From Flaccisagitta enflata (taxonomy: Eukaryota): a DNA stretch of 64,000 bases. This document shows positions 49,022 through 62,835 of the stretch, piece by piece; position 1 is the first letter of the stretch, and each line of letters starts with the position of its first letter. The notes beneath the pieces were generated by a model. The model was not told the DNA's origin, did no database searches, and was given only the letters and a program-made list of their open reading frames with translations. Position numbers and translations under genes: made by a program. The DNA lies in contig OZ231126.1 of assembly GCA_965153355.1 (NCBI GenBank), forward strand, positions 7,936,001 through 8,000,000, given 5' to 3'.

Positions 49022-50940
49022 AGAGGTTCGAGACGTGGTTTGAAGTGTGGATCTTTTGCGGCGAGTATTCCGCCATCGCTGAATCCCTAGAAACTTATAA
49101 GCGTTTCAAGGAAGATGCCGAGGGGGAGCTCCATTACCTTGCCGGTCAAACCACCGTAGACCAATTGACCTCCTCGAAAGTTCTCGATTTAGACTATCAA
49201 GGCATTTTTCATTTCCTTGGCGACCCCCTATTTGACGAGCCTTTCTGCGCTTCTACTACCTTCAAAATCGCCTCCGCTTGGCTCCGGAAGCAGCATGGTC
49301 GGCCGAATCCCGTTAAAGCCGATGAAACGAGTCAATTTGATCTCCTGCTTACTTCTTTGAGATTGGATGGAGTTAGTCTCGAACAGATTCACGCCACCTG
49401 GGGCGAAGATTCGTTTTCGACGCAAAGAATTTTAGCTCTACGCGGGAGACAAAATTTTTTGATTATTCCGGACGTCGGAGAAACGGTGGGTTTCGTCTGC
49501 CACCAAACGGAAACTGGACAACACTATTACTTGGACTTACCAACGTCAAAGAAAAATAGCGAAAAGTTTCATGGCGATCCCAAATTGAGCGTCGTTCGGG
49601 CCTATGAGGCCTATGAGCTTCTTTGCATCCGCGGTGTACAGGAAGGGGACAGGATTCCCGCTCATTCCCGATATGCTTATTCATTCTTTGAAGACCGCTG
49701 GGTTAAGGATGAAGAATATCGCGACGAGGCTAAGAAAACGTCAGCGGTGAATGCTCGGTTTTTGCAGTTTCTGGTACCATCGCATACGCGAGTTGGATCT
49801 TACGGTCTTCCAATTGTGCGATTGGGCCACGATTTCAAGCAGAAAAACGACGACGAAGAAGAGGAGGAATTGGAGGACGAACGCGAAAGAGAGTCAATGA
49901 GAGAACCCCAAAGAAATGTAGCGGAAGTGAATTGTCGGGATGGTCGTTGTACCAATGTCGAGGTTTCGGGAGTCGGTGCTTGTTTTGTTGATTACTCTCC
50001 ATGTGTGGCCGTTTTTGGCAATATTTATGCGCAAGAGGGGCAATCGTGGAAAAAGCCTATGACCATCCTCAACGCCAAGAGTAAGACCGAGACCGACGGA
50101 TTTCCCGATGGCGCCTGCGAATGCCCCCTCTCTGTCATTTCGCCCGAGAAAGACGTCAGAGGACAAAGTCGAATGTTCGTCGTACCCTCGTCGCCTTTTA
50201 TGGTCGTTGACGACGATGGTGAATGCGATTTGAAGCTTAAAAGTCCGCGCGTGTGGATTTTCAAGCCGTTCTCAACCCAACCATCTCGTATTTGGTGGCC
50301 ATTGCCGACTCCCTCGGGCCCCGATCTCGACTACTCCACTCTCTACTACGATGTCAAGCGTGAGAAGATTTGTCTCATTTTGGTCCAAAAGCCGCTGTCT
50401 CTTCGATCTACGATCGCGATTCTTCCGAGAAGCAACATAATTCTTCTAAAGAAGTAGAAGGCAGAAATGGAGAAGTAGAACTTGAAGTGGAAGGCAGAAA
50501 TGGAGATTCGCCTATGAGGACGACCGGGAGAATCGTCGGACGATTCGTTCTCAATGACGGAATAGACTTTGACAGAGACATAAACGACAAGACGCTTGTA
50601 AGTGACGTCTGGAGCCCTCTGTCAGTCACGGACGCGCTGGCCGACTTCCTCGCTCTGGGCTCCCGTCTGCCGGGTGAAGTGAGGATCACATCCGCTCATC
50701 TCAACTTCAACCATCTGCGGCCCGTCAAGCTGGTTCGCGTCCCGATCGGCGATGGCCCCGATTTTAACGTCGTGGTGGCGAAGGAAGGAACGCAGCCCAC
50801 ATCTGCTACGAATCGCTGTGCATTTTGAGTCGTTTGTGTTTGATGAGGAAGGCGGGGGGGGGTTCTGTGATTTTATCCCGCAACGTGGTGGTGGTGTTAG
50901 AGTGGTCATGAATCATGAGCTTTTGCAGACTTGCAGTTGA
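49022..50940 (+). CDS. BTB gene 3' part: BACK-like region plus degenerate beta-rich (Kelch-like) region; stop at 50457 or frameshifted continuation to ~50940
   Basis: 470-aa non-repetitive ORF in frame with the BTB part; FKIASAWL and LLLTSLRL resemble BACK; overlapping ORFs 50370-50828 and 50752-50940 suggest frameshifts. Confidence 0.7.
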
Positions 50941-52757
50941 GCATTGTTTGTTTTAACCTGCCTAAAATGCGATGGACCAAAATAACGCAGATTACTTGCT
51001 CATTACCAAGAGATCTAAATATGTAGTTTATAGTCCAAGAATGTCCTCTTCCTTTTCGCAGACCGATGACGCCTTGGTTGAAGCACGAGGATTCGCCTTT
51101 CCACAACGTCAAGTCGACGGACATCGAGAAGAATCTCAACGTGTGCGCCAAAAGGGACAAAACTTTGTTCGAATCGCTGAAGAAGCGCCCGTTGACGTGT
51201 CCCTTCATCCCCGATGCTCCCATGGTACCTTATCGTCCCAAAAACTACGTCGGTCCAACGAGTGAACAAGGCCATGGAACCACTTAAGTTCTAATGAGGA
51301 CAACCGGGACTTTGATGAATGACGACAAATGAGCATACATACAGGCAAACATACATGCATACAAACATACAAACGCTCCGTAGTCTTACACGTTAGATCG
51401 TTTCACGAAATGGGTGACGGGTGGGATTTGTCTTGGGGCTAGGCCCTAGCCTAGGGATGGCATTATGTACGGATTCGCGATGAAAACATGTAAATTACAC
51501 TTTTTTAAGTGGTAGGGTTGGGGTTTCGATCCGGGACAAAAACATGCAAAGAAAACTTGTTTTATATTTTCTTCATTTCTAACTTGGGCCTTCAGAAGAA
51601 AAAAATCGTCATCAAATCATCGAAGAAGTGAAGTGTAACAGATGCTTAATTTGCCGGGCTGTCCCAAACTATGATTTAAGATAAGCTTGATTGCACATTG
51701 TCAGTCTTGTTTACGTAATGTCGTGATGACTTGCTCACGCGATGAAAGACTGGTTATGATGAGAGATTCTGTTTATGAAACTCTAGGAAAAAGAGGAAGC
51801 TTATAAGAAAATGATCTACATTCAAAAAGGCGAAAACTTTTGATCAGGACGTGTTGCTCCCATCCTCCTCCTCCTGTTCCTTTTTGCCATCTCAACTGGC
51901 GCTTCTCTGCTTCTTGTTGTTGTTGTCTGCTCCGCTTTACCGGCGTTTACCGCTCGTTACGGCGTCGCGTTGCCCCCGGACATGTCAACCTCATCAAGCA
52001 ACGCATGTACGCACCAACTAAAAAAGGCTTTTTGCGACCGATGGACCTGCCCTTGCCCGCGGCGATCTTGGGAGGAGTTCTTGAAGCAGTTTTAGTGAAA
52101 GCCGATTGGTTTGTCGGTTTGTCTATCGCTAGCTTGGTATCTTGAGTGAAATCTACCTCTTACTCCTGTAGCTAGACACGCTAATTATGAATTAGAGGTT
52201 TTAATCTAAATTCACCTCATCCTTCAATAATGTTGTTATGCAAAAAGACTGTTATGCAAAAAGACTCCGCGTTATTTGGAAACGAAATACTACAGAAGAA
52301 GATTTCAGGCGTGTATAATGTTGAGTACCACTTGGGGGGGGGGGAATAAAATTAAATGGTTTGGAGATGGGGACGAATATTAAAAGCTTGAAATTTTTTT
52401 TTTTTTTTTTGAAGTTTTAACACTTTTGGCAGTATCAAAAGGTAAAATGTAATTACTACAACACAATTTAACACTATTAAAACCTTAAGTTTGATGTTTT
52501 ATAGCTTTGTGGGTAAAAAATCAAAGATTTTATAATGCGACGTCGTGTCGTGGGGAAGAAAATTGAATGCAGGGGGGAATAAAATCAAAAGCCATTCAAT
52601 TTTATTCACCCCTGGAAGATTTTGGCGGAGTTTCCCTTCAATTTTGTTGCTTTTGCATAGGACCAAGGATATTGATATTGATATTATTGATAATTTGTGA
52701 GGAAGAAAAGTGGAAGGTACCTTTTGTCATGTCCCAATGCCAACAGAGTCATCTAAA

Positions 52758-52808
<51 letters not shown>

Positions 52809-53789
52809 ATCCCCTTCAACACTAGACGTCGCGGACTTCTATTCTTTTGCTTCTTCTTCCTGTTGTTCAAGTGCCAAATCTGAGATCTCCTTCTACACAG
52901 AGAGAGTAAAAAAACTCGTCCAGCAACTGAAAGAAAAAAGAAGACAAAATTTCGCTGAAATGGAAATACCACAAGGACTCCCGCTCACGACGACGACGAT
53001 GACGATGACGACGATGTTACGATACTCTTCTTCTGATCATCATCATTATCACGGATCAACGACCTCATCAAAATGCAACAGTACTCGTCTCCCTTCAAAA
53101 GTCACACGCTCACCTCTTCCTCTCATCCGATAAGCTCAGATGTACTACAAATACCGCTATCTCTCTCCTATCCCCAAGCTTAACGAGTGTGATTTTTTTT
53201 GTGCTCAAAGGTTTTCATTAAAGATAAGTCAAGTTATGTCATCGGAATGATCGTCGGTAGCTGGAGAGATAGTAGGCCTGTCGCGGGACGAGGCGAGAAT
53301 GGCTAAGACCTGTCCTCTTACTGTTAGTCGGTGCTGTGACAAGAACGCACAATCTGATGAGCCAATTCGGGACTGAAGTACTGACGTCTGAAGGGCATTT
53401 TCCCCTCCTCGCGGCTAGAACCTGCAAGATTCACACGCGAATAACCATATCCAGTGTATGTGACCATTGTGCTGAGTTTGGATACGCTTAAACCTCGACA
53501 TGAACGATAACGAAATGCCGTGAAACGCCGTAACATCGATAGTAAATGACAAAACGACTAGGAAGAAGAAAATAGACGCCACCTCAGCTCTCTTCCAAAA
53601 TCTGGAAGTGGCGTAGATCATAAGCCCAAAGTTGCAGCGGGTCGTCGAGAGAGTAAAGTTGCAGCGAGTCGCCGAAAGCGTGAAGTGGCAACTGGTCGTC
53701 GGGGCAGTAAAGTTGCAACGGGTCTTCGAGGGAGTTTAGTTGCAGCTGGTCGTCGAGAGGAAATCGACGTCCGGCGTTGAAAAGCGACC

Positions 53790-53916
53790 ATGACGCAGCC
53801 TCAGCCATCCTCTTCCTCGTCATCCTCGTCGGCGGCCAAAACGCGGATCGGCGCCGATGAAACGTCCAAAGGCAAAATCGCCGGATTGTACGATTTGGAG
53901 GAAACCATCGGAAAAG
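53790..53916 (+). CDS. SNRK: SNF-related serine/threonine kinase, first coding exon
   Basis: GKIAGLYDLEETIGKG matches the SNRK N-terminus GKIAGLYDLDKTLGRG; in-frame upstream TGA; phase-1 GTACGG donor; later exons not found in the window. Confidence 0.88.
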
Positions 53917-54617
53917 GTACGGCAAAAACGCGTCAAAACACGTTTTATCATTTTGATAATTTCGCAGGCTGCTTCTTCCTCCTTTCCTACTGCACTTGAT
54001 GTGTTCAACTGTAATCCAAACATCTCCCTCACAATACTCACATGACTCTTTTATATTTTGATATGTCTCATCTCCCTTCCTTCCTCCCCCTTCCTTCCTT
54101 CCTTCCTTCCTTCCTCCCCTCCTCTTCCTCTCCCCCCTCTTTCCAACTTCCATTCTCTTCTTTTACATGTCAGCCCCATCTTCCCCACAGGCCCCACCTT
54201 TTAATTCACTGTAGTCATCTTCTGGCCAGGACTTCAACTCCCACCCTCATTGCCAATTCTCTCTTTCCACTTGTCACTTGATAATTTTTTCCTCCTTAGT
54301 TGGGTCCTAACTTCGCGAGCGATTGAGATGCACAAAGAGTTATAGCAAGTTATGTATGTGTAGTTCAAGTTTGGAAACTATCAAGGTCATCCGTTAAGTG
54401 CAATGATTCCACCAAGGACGGTTTGTGACAGGGGGTCCGGGTCATCGGCGGATCTTTGTCATAAGTGTTCTTTTGTTGACCTTCCTTCAGACTTAGGGGG
54501 GGTCATACAGGGTTGATTTTGGAAATTCCTTATGGAACTCTGAAATCAGGGGGTTGGATTTGTGTAGAAAAGGTTAGAAATTTTTTTGGGTATCTCCCTT
54601 TTAAGGAAAAATAATCC

Positions 54618-56040
54618 ATTTTTTGTCCCCGACGAACAGTTTTCGTCGGTGACTATGAAGTAGCATTGATGCGTTGTCTTTCTGTCTGTTTGTTTAAAAC
54701 CTTCTCATATCTTTGGGACCAGACTTCAGAATTTTATGAAAGTTTGCTGGTGTTGTTTATAGGTCAATAGGAGCTTGTGTACCAATTTTCAGAAAAATTC
54801 ACTAACTTTTACTACCCTTTGCCTATTATTTTTATGGTAATATTTTACTGGACTTAGGCGATTTACATAGGCAGAGGGTAGTAAACTTATGTGATTTTTT
54901 TTTTAATTTGGTATACAGGTAAGGGTCACTGAATAAGCAGCCCCTGCAAAATTCGAATTAAATCTGAAGTCTGGTTCATGAGATATTAGCTAATTTATTT
55001 ATGTAGTAATATGTTACTGGGACTTAGGTCAACTCTAACCAAAATTGGGCTGAGTTGATGGTCCCGATCAATGCCAGAAGACAGCTCTAACAACACCCTT
55101 TCCCTAAGATATTCATTATTTCTAAATAAAATATTAAGATATTTATTTTTTAAGATAGGAAAATATGACACATTTAGTAAAAAATATATGCCTAAGGAAT
55201 TTTGATAGTGTTTCAAAAGACCACAGATTAGGTATGTATGTGTATGTAATGGAAGCTTACACTATATAATTGAATATTATTTGACCCAAGTCTCTCTTCT
55301 CGCCAGCTCTGAATCCCGTTGCTGGACAAGCTCCCTTTCAACGAACTAAATGAATATTGAGGCACCTGTATTCTCTGAGGAAATGTAGCACTGTTAAATA
55401 CCGCTCTAACGGATTTCAAAGGATCTAACACTTTGTTCTGTCCAGGGTGGCAGAAACAGGGGCACACTTGGCACATTGTGCCTCGGAAGTATAGCTGACA
55501 AGTCGGACTTATAGATTAGATTAAGGTAAAAATTAGGGGAATGAGGGGGAAAATAGAAGGAAAACTATAAAAATCAGAAGGATAAGTGGGGCTTTATGTT
55601 AAATCACTTATTCTTTTGATATAGGAACTCTGTTTCCATAAAATAAAGGAAAGATGCAGAAAATAAGCAGTTTGGTGCAATATTTACACAAAATTAGCTG
55701 ATCTTTAAAAGTCGGACTTATATCGGGGCATGAAATTGTGCCTCGGACCCATAGAATTTTCTGCCACCCTGGGTAAAGGTTAGTAAATAAACCACCCCTG
55801 CAAAATTCGAATTTAATCTGAAGTCTGGTTGAGGAGATATTAGCTTATTTATGTAGTAATATACAAATAGGACTTAGGCAGTTTACATAGGCAAAGGGCA
55901 GGTTATGAATTTTTTTTTTTAATTTGGTCATTTGTTTAGAGGAAACACTGGAATGTGCCTGCAAAACTTGGGATTAAATTCGAAGTCTTGGTTTATGGGA
56001 GATATAAAACATATTATAGTAATATATTACTGCTTTAGAG
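54618..56040 (+). mobile_element. HINE-like element with internal repeats, containing a small CAGGGTGGCAGAAA-TIR element (55443-55771)
   Basis: TTTTTGTCCCCGACGAA...TTCGTCGG hairpin start and GTCT microsatellite; repeated CCCCTGCAAAATTCGAATT.AATCTGAAGTCTGG; inner 14-bp TIR without visible TSD. Confidence 0.5.
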
Positions 56041-56326
56041 TGTAATATACCATTGAGGAGACTGCACTTTTTCATTTATACACAGGATGACCATTTATTT
56101 GTTCAAAGATTTCCTTTTGTGATGCATTAATTGAAGTTATAAATATCATTTTTACATTCTACCATGTTGCTGAAATTCAGCTTCTTTATAGCAATTTCAT
56201 TATTACGATTTAAAGGATAGATAAACACCACAATTTAGTTACTTGTAATTCCTCACCAACCACTTATAGTATTCAGAAGATTTGTTTGGTCAAAGTTCAC
56301 TCCTTCATGTGGTAAAAGGTTCACAC

Positions 56327-56376
<50 letters not shown>

Positions 56377-57407
56377 ACACACACCACACACCACTCCCAC
56401 CACTACACTCACACACACACTCACACTGTTTAAAAGAAAATGGACTCGTTTTTTTGGAAATTTTTTTTTTTGAAATTTTTTTTTTTTTTAAATTTTGAAA
56501 AATTTTATATTTAAAAAAATTTTTTTGAAATTTTTTTTTTTTTTTTTGATATTTTTTTTGAAATTTTTTTTGGTGTATTTCTAGCTCTGCCATTAATGAT
56601 TGAGAAAGTTTGGGTACTTACAGTCCCAGTCGGGACTGTAATTTTGAAGCTTTTTTTTTGATTAACAATGAGGTATGCGATAGGCGAAAATCATGAAAAT
56701 CGAAAAATTCCTAGAAAATTGACAAGATAGAGGCTATTGGTAGTAGCTCAAGAGATGAGCAGCTATGCTAGTCGGTAGCAGAAAACGATGAAATAGTCAT
56801 AGGGGATTCCAGAATACATATGTAAAGTTTTTAATACCGTAGAATCGATCTGTAAGGTCAAAAATAGCGATTTCTGAGCAGATCATGGGCAGCAAGCTGC
56901 CCCTGGGATCGAGTATATTACCCCATAACAAGCATTTTTGCTATTTTTTTGCCTTAACAGCTCTCTAAAGGGAAATTCTGTCATTTTCTTCATGTAAACC
57001 GACTTATTTCAGACTGAAGAATTTGATGATAACAGTCTGAGGGGACTATGACTACTAATCTGAGATGCAACTGGCCCTGATTGAGCATATGGGCCCAAGA
57101 ATGAGCAATTTTTAAGGTTTTTCTGTTCTCTAGAGTGAGAACTTGTTCTTTTCTTCTGTAAAGTGACTTATATGAAGCTGAAAAAAACAAAACAATGATG
57201 ATAGCCTGAGGGGTCTGTGACTACTACTACTAGGTGATACTGGTATATGGTCAGCTCTCTACACTTGTTTTTGACCCCAAATGCGCATGTTAAACTCTGA
57301 ATGCGCTTTTTTGACTCAATTTTGACATCTTTTCAATTATCTACCTTTTATAAACAATATCAAGATCCAGTCAAATTGCTTTAATCTTTAAGTATAAACT
57401 TTAATGT

Positions 57408-58700
57408 TGTTTTTGTCCGCAACGGAATATCATTCCGACGCGGACTATAATTCAAGGCAGGGGTGGGTGTCGCCGTTGTCGGTTTTGTCGCCGCTAATGG
57501 CTGTTGTTGTTGTTGGACGGGATTTAAAAATGGATAACGTGCTTTGACCGACGGTTGATAATATTTGCGGAAGTTACCACGGTGGCGCTTTACATCCTAT
57601 CCGCTCATGATCCTATCAACCCAACTGCCAAATCAGCCTACCGGCCTAAAAGTGAAAAACGTGTATAACTTTGGCATTTTTCAACCGATTTGGTTGAAAT
57701 TTGGTATGGAGTCTCTAAATGGAAGGACTCAACATGTGTATGTGATTTATATGCATTTGAGCATGCTAACCAGCCAAACCGACCTACCACCCACAACCAG
57801 GCCAACCGGCCTAAAATGAAAAACTTGCATAACTTGCATTTTTCTAACTAATTTGCTGAAACTTGGTATGGGGTCTCTAAATGGAAGAACTCAACATATG
57901 CGCAATTATTTATCCTGTCAAACCAGGTCATTTCACCCAAACTGCCAGCCTACCAGCTTAAAAGTGAAAAACGTGTATAACTTTGGCATTTTTCAACCGA
58001 TTTGGTTGAAATTTGGCATGGAGTCTCTAAATGGAAGGACTCAACATGTGTATGTGAATTATATGCATTTGAGCATCATGCTAACGGCCAAACCACTCTT
58101 ACCACCCCAACCAGCCAACCGGCCCAAAAGTGAAAACTTCATATTTAATTTTGTCATTTTTCAACTAATTTGCTGTTCAGTATGGGGACCCTGGAATGGA
58201 AGAAATTGAATATATGCAAGCACTATTTATCCTGTCAAACCAGCCTACCACCCAACCAGCCTACCAACCAAAAAGTGATAAATGTGCATATTTTTAAGGT
58301 TTTTCTTTAACCAATTTACGTTGAAATTTGAGATGAGTCCCCTAAATGAAGGACACAGATGTGATTTATTTATGCGCTGAGCATGCTAACCGGCCAACCA
58401 ACCTACCACCCAACCAGCTTACCAGTTTCAAAAATTAAAAAACTTTCACATAAATTGGATGATTTTTCAACCAATTGTTGAAACTTTACATGGAGGCTCA
58501 ATGGAAGAACTCAACATACGCACACTATTTATCTAAAAACCAGTTTACCAATCACCCAAACTATCTAACATTTTGCCTAAAAGTGAAAACGGCATAACTT
58601 TACATATTATTTTCAACAGATTTAAAGGTCGAACTTTGTATGGCTTGCCTAAATAAAGACTTATAGTTTTAAGACTTAATATGGTTAGTTAGATCTTTTG
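57408..58700 (+). mobile_element. HINE-like element with ~155/310-bp tandem modules
   Basis: TTTTTGTCCGC...GCGGAC hairpin start; repeated AAAGTGAAAAACGTGTATAACTTTGGCATTTTTCAACCGATTTGGTTGAAATTTGG. Confidence 0.55.
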
Positions 58701-59635
58701 GTCATAGCGATCTAACAATTGTAGATCTTAACTCTTCCGTCAGGACCCAGATACTGAAGTTCAGATTTTTTAGTTGTGACAGGCAACCCTGTTCCAGTCT
58801 TCGTTTAGTTCAACCATCCACTGTCACTGAAATGGCAATCGGGATACTGTGTGGTTAGATTATTACTGCCACTGTAAAATTGTGGGGATCAGACTTTTAA
58901 TCCTCTGCCCACCAACGGATTGTGCAGGAAAAATTCAGAAACCTGTTTTTTATCATGCTTGCTATCTCCCAATAGCATCAAAATAGGTAGTGAAGTTAAA
59001 TTTTTTGCATCTTAATCTCTTTAACCTTTTCTTTAAAAGTTAAAACGTTAAAAATGTTAAAAAGTGTTAAAAAAGTTAGTGTTAAAATGTTTAAAAAAGC
59101 TAAAATGTTAGCAAAAATGCTAAAAGTTAAAAATGTTAAAAAGGTTAAAAATGCTAAAGTTAAAATGTTAAAAATTAAAATAATAAAAATTAACAATAAT
59201 TACAAAAAAATTCATTGAAAACTAAAGACTATTAAAGTTTAACTTTTTGATTTTTTAACTTTTTAACATTTTTTAACTTTTTGTAACTCTTTTTAACCTT
59301 TTTTAACTTTTTAACTTTTTTTAACATTTTTTAATTTTTTTTAACTTTTTAACTTTTCTTTAAAAGGTGTAAAAAGTTAAAAAAAGTTAAAAAATTTTTA
59401 GCTTTTTAGGGGACACTCAAGATCAATGCAGTCACAGCATATAAAAAACCATTCATTCTAAAGCAACAATCCCATTATCGATATGTTAGTATTACACAAA
59501 GTGAGTGTAATTATTTGATTTTACTCATTACAACTAGTAGCTGACGTCGTTACACTAAATTACTTTTTTTGCGTCATGGCTACATCCCTGAATGATCAAC
59601 ACCACGACATCACACTCCCCCAAATGTCCCACAAC

Positions 59636-59786
59636 TTTTTAGTCGCGGACACGCGACTCTACACCTTGCCGTGTCGGTCCGTCCGTCTGTCGGTCGGTCG
59701 GTCACATTTTTGAATTCCGATCGGTTTTCGCATTACTGCTCCTGCCCAACCGTCCGCGACTGGACTGCCGTGTATCCGGCCTTGTT
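59636..59786 (+). mobile_element. Short HINE copy between two copies of a ~140-bp sequence
   Basis: AGTCGCGGACACGCGACT...CCGTGTATCCGGCCTTGTT; 59408-59560 resembles 59787-59922. Confidence 0.8.
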
Positions 59787-60719
59787 AGGGGACACTCAGG
59801 ATCAATGCGGTCACAGCGTTGAAAAGACTATTCATTCTAAAGCAATAATCCCATTATCGATATGCTAGTGTTACACAAATGATTTTACCCATTACAACTA
59901 GTAACTGACGTCGTTACATTAAACCAATTTAATATTGTCTATCACCCCAGCATTGGAGGCTTGACTTACGGGGCGCAACTACCTCTTCAGTTTTCATCTT
60001 TTTACGGAAGAACAGACCGGCGGCGTTTCTCTCTTTAAGACGGCGAAGGCGTCCATCTGCATGTCCTTTGCTTCTACTCCGATGCCCATCATTCTTCCTT
60101 AATCCTTCATATTACGGTTAGTTTTTGTGTTTGGACGAGGATTGACCGACTCACTGATCAATCTAATCAATCCCGGTACACCCCAACACGACATCACTTA
60201 TAGAAAGGATAAAGATGAACAGAACAGTACTGCTCGATTTAAGATCCGCTATCGCACGAAATTCTCGATGAAACCCACCAAATTGTCCGTGATTTTAAAT
60301 CGCTCATGACGTGATACTTAATCCTTTGTGTAATTATGTCCAATTATTGTAGGTGTAGTGAGTAACTGTTTGTCAGGTCAAGCTAGAACGTTTATAAAAT
60401 GTCTTGAAAACAATGGTTATAAAACGTGGTCTCATAATCAGATATGAAATGTTGACTTTTGAATCAGAATCACTGACGTTTATTTTAAAAGATTGTTTTT
60501 ATAACCGGCTCCGTTAATGGACAAAACAAAATGGTGATGCTGAACTTCAATATGCAAATTATTCACTCTGCTGCCGCTGCTGATGTATCAACACTAGCTT
60601 ATTTCATACGGAAAGAACATCTCTGTGGATACCAGCTGGATATCCTGATTGGTGATGAATTTCCGCGTGAACCAATGACATTTCCAGCCTTCGCACGGAT
60701 CTGCTAAAACAAAACGAGC

Positions 60720-61416
60720 AGGCAGCCGGAAAGCTAAAAATTTTTTAGACATTAACTTTTTTTAATTTTTTTTAGCCTTTTTTAGCTCTTTTTCAAATTT
60801 TAAAGTGTGCAAAAAGTTAAAAAAAGCTAAAAAAAGCTAAAAAAAGCTAAAAAAGACTAAAACATGGGAAAAGGCTAAAAACAGCTGAAAAAGACTGAAA
60901 ACTACTAAAAAAGATAAAAGTTTTTGAACTAAATCTAGGAAAAGTTACATGAAAAAGCTAAAAAGAGTTAAAAAAAGCAAAAAAGAGATCTAAAAAAAGC
61001 TAAAAAACCATGGAAATTGAAAAAAGCTAAAAAAGGTTAAAAAAAGCTAAAAAAGGTTAAAAAAAGCTAAAAAATGCTAAAAAAAGGCTTTCAGTGACAA
61101 CTAAAAAGAATTAAAAAAAGCTAAAAAAGGCTAAAACAAGTAAAAAACAAAGGAATTAAAAAAAGCTATAAAAAAATTAAAAAAGCTAAAAAAGGCTAAA
61201 AAGTTATGACTAAAAAAAGTTAAAACAAGCTAAAACAAGTAAAAAACAGCTAAAAAATCACAAGGCACTTCCTAGCCTTGCTCCGCGCAGAGAGGTTTTT
61301 TAGCTTGTTTCAGCTCTTTTTAACCTTTTTTAGCAAAACTTTAAAGTGTGCAAAAAGTTAAAAAAAGCTAAAAAAGGCTAAAAATGTCTAAAAAATTTTT
61401 AGCTTTCCCTGGGCCT
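60720..61416. mobile_element. MITE with AGGC...GGAAAGCTAAAAA(A)TTTTTTAGAC TIRs and AAAAAAGCT interior
   Basis: Imperfect ~30-bp TIR; flanks GAGC|...|GAGC (or AG with a CAGG end). Confidence 0.65.
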
Positions 61417-61597
61417 GAGCAGTTTCCGAAAAAGTCACAAACCGTTTTAGCACCTTTTAGCGCATTCCACTTTTAGCAAATTCTCTCGGCAACAGCATCG
61501 GATCCACGACTCACACCAAAGCAACCAATAAGCGGTAATCAACAATATGACATTACTTTCAGGGTTTAAAGCTGATGGATTGAGTGTTGAGCCAAAA

Positions 61598-62835
61598 GAC
61601 ACTCGTTCAGAGGATAGACACTCGTTCAGAGGATAGACACTCGTTCAGAGGATAGACACTCGTTCAGAGGATAGACACTCGTTCAGAGGATAGACACTCG
61701 TTCAGAGGATAGACACTCGTTCAGAGGATAGACACTCGTTCAGAGGATAGACACTCGTTCAGAGGATAGACACTCGTTCAGAGGATAGACACTCGTTCAG
61801 AGGATAGACACTCGTTCAGAGGATAGACACTCGTTCAGAGGATAGACACTCGTTCAGAGGATAGACACTCGTTCAGAGGATAGACACTCGTTCAGAGGAT
61901 AGACACTCGTTCAGAGGATAGACACTCGTTCAGAGGATAGACACTCGTTCAGAGGATAGACACTCGTTCAGAGGATAGACACTCGTTCAGAGGATAGACA
62001 CTCGTTCAGAGGATAGACACTCGTTCAGAAGATAGACACTCGTTCAGAAGATAGACACTCGTTCAGAAGATAGACACTCGTTCAGAAGATAGACACTCGT
62101 TCAGAAGATAGACACTTGTTCAGAAGATAGACACTCGTTCAGAAGATAGACACTCATTCAGAGGACAGACACTCATTCAGAGGATAGACACTCATTCAGA
62201 GGATAGACATTCATTCAGAGGATAGACACTCATTCAGAGGATAGACACTCATTCAGAGGATAGACACTCGTTCAGAAGATAGACACTTGTTCAGAGGATA
62301 GACACTCATTCAGAGGATAGACACTCATTCAGAGGATAGACACTCATTCAGAGGATAGACACTCATTCAGAGGATAGACACTCATTCAGAGGATAGACAC
62401 TCATTCAGAGGATAGACACTCATTCAGAGGATAGACACTCATTCAGAGGATAGACACTCATTCAGAGGATAGACACTCATTCAGAGGATAGACACTCATT
62501 CAGAGGATAGACACTCGTTCAGAGGATAGACACTCATTCAGAGGATAGACACTTGTTCGGAGAATAGACACTTGATCAGAGGATAGACACTTGTTCAGAG
62601 GATAGACATTCATTCAGAGGATAGACACTCGTACAGAGGATTTACAATTATTCAGAGGATAAACACTTGTTTGGAGGATAGACACTCCTTCACAACCATT
62701 CAGAGGATAAACACTTGTTTGGAGGATAGACACTCGTCCAGAGGAAATGACATCCTGAAGAGAGACGCGTCCTCAAGATAGACACGTCAAGAGAAGGGAC
62801 ATTCGTCCAGAGGATGGACACCTGTCCAGAGGATA
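61598..62835. repeat. 19-bp minisatellite (GACACTCGTTCAGAGGATA)n
   Basis: More than 50 head-to-tail copies, no spacers, degenerating rightwards. Confidence 0.97.

Noticed and set aside
61598-62835. CRISPR-like array
   Set aside because: Units are head-to-tail with no unique spacers; no cas genes; eukaryotic context.
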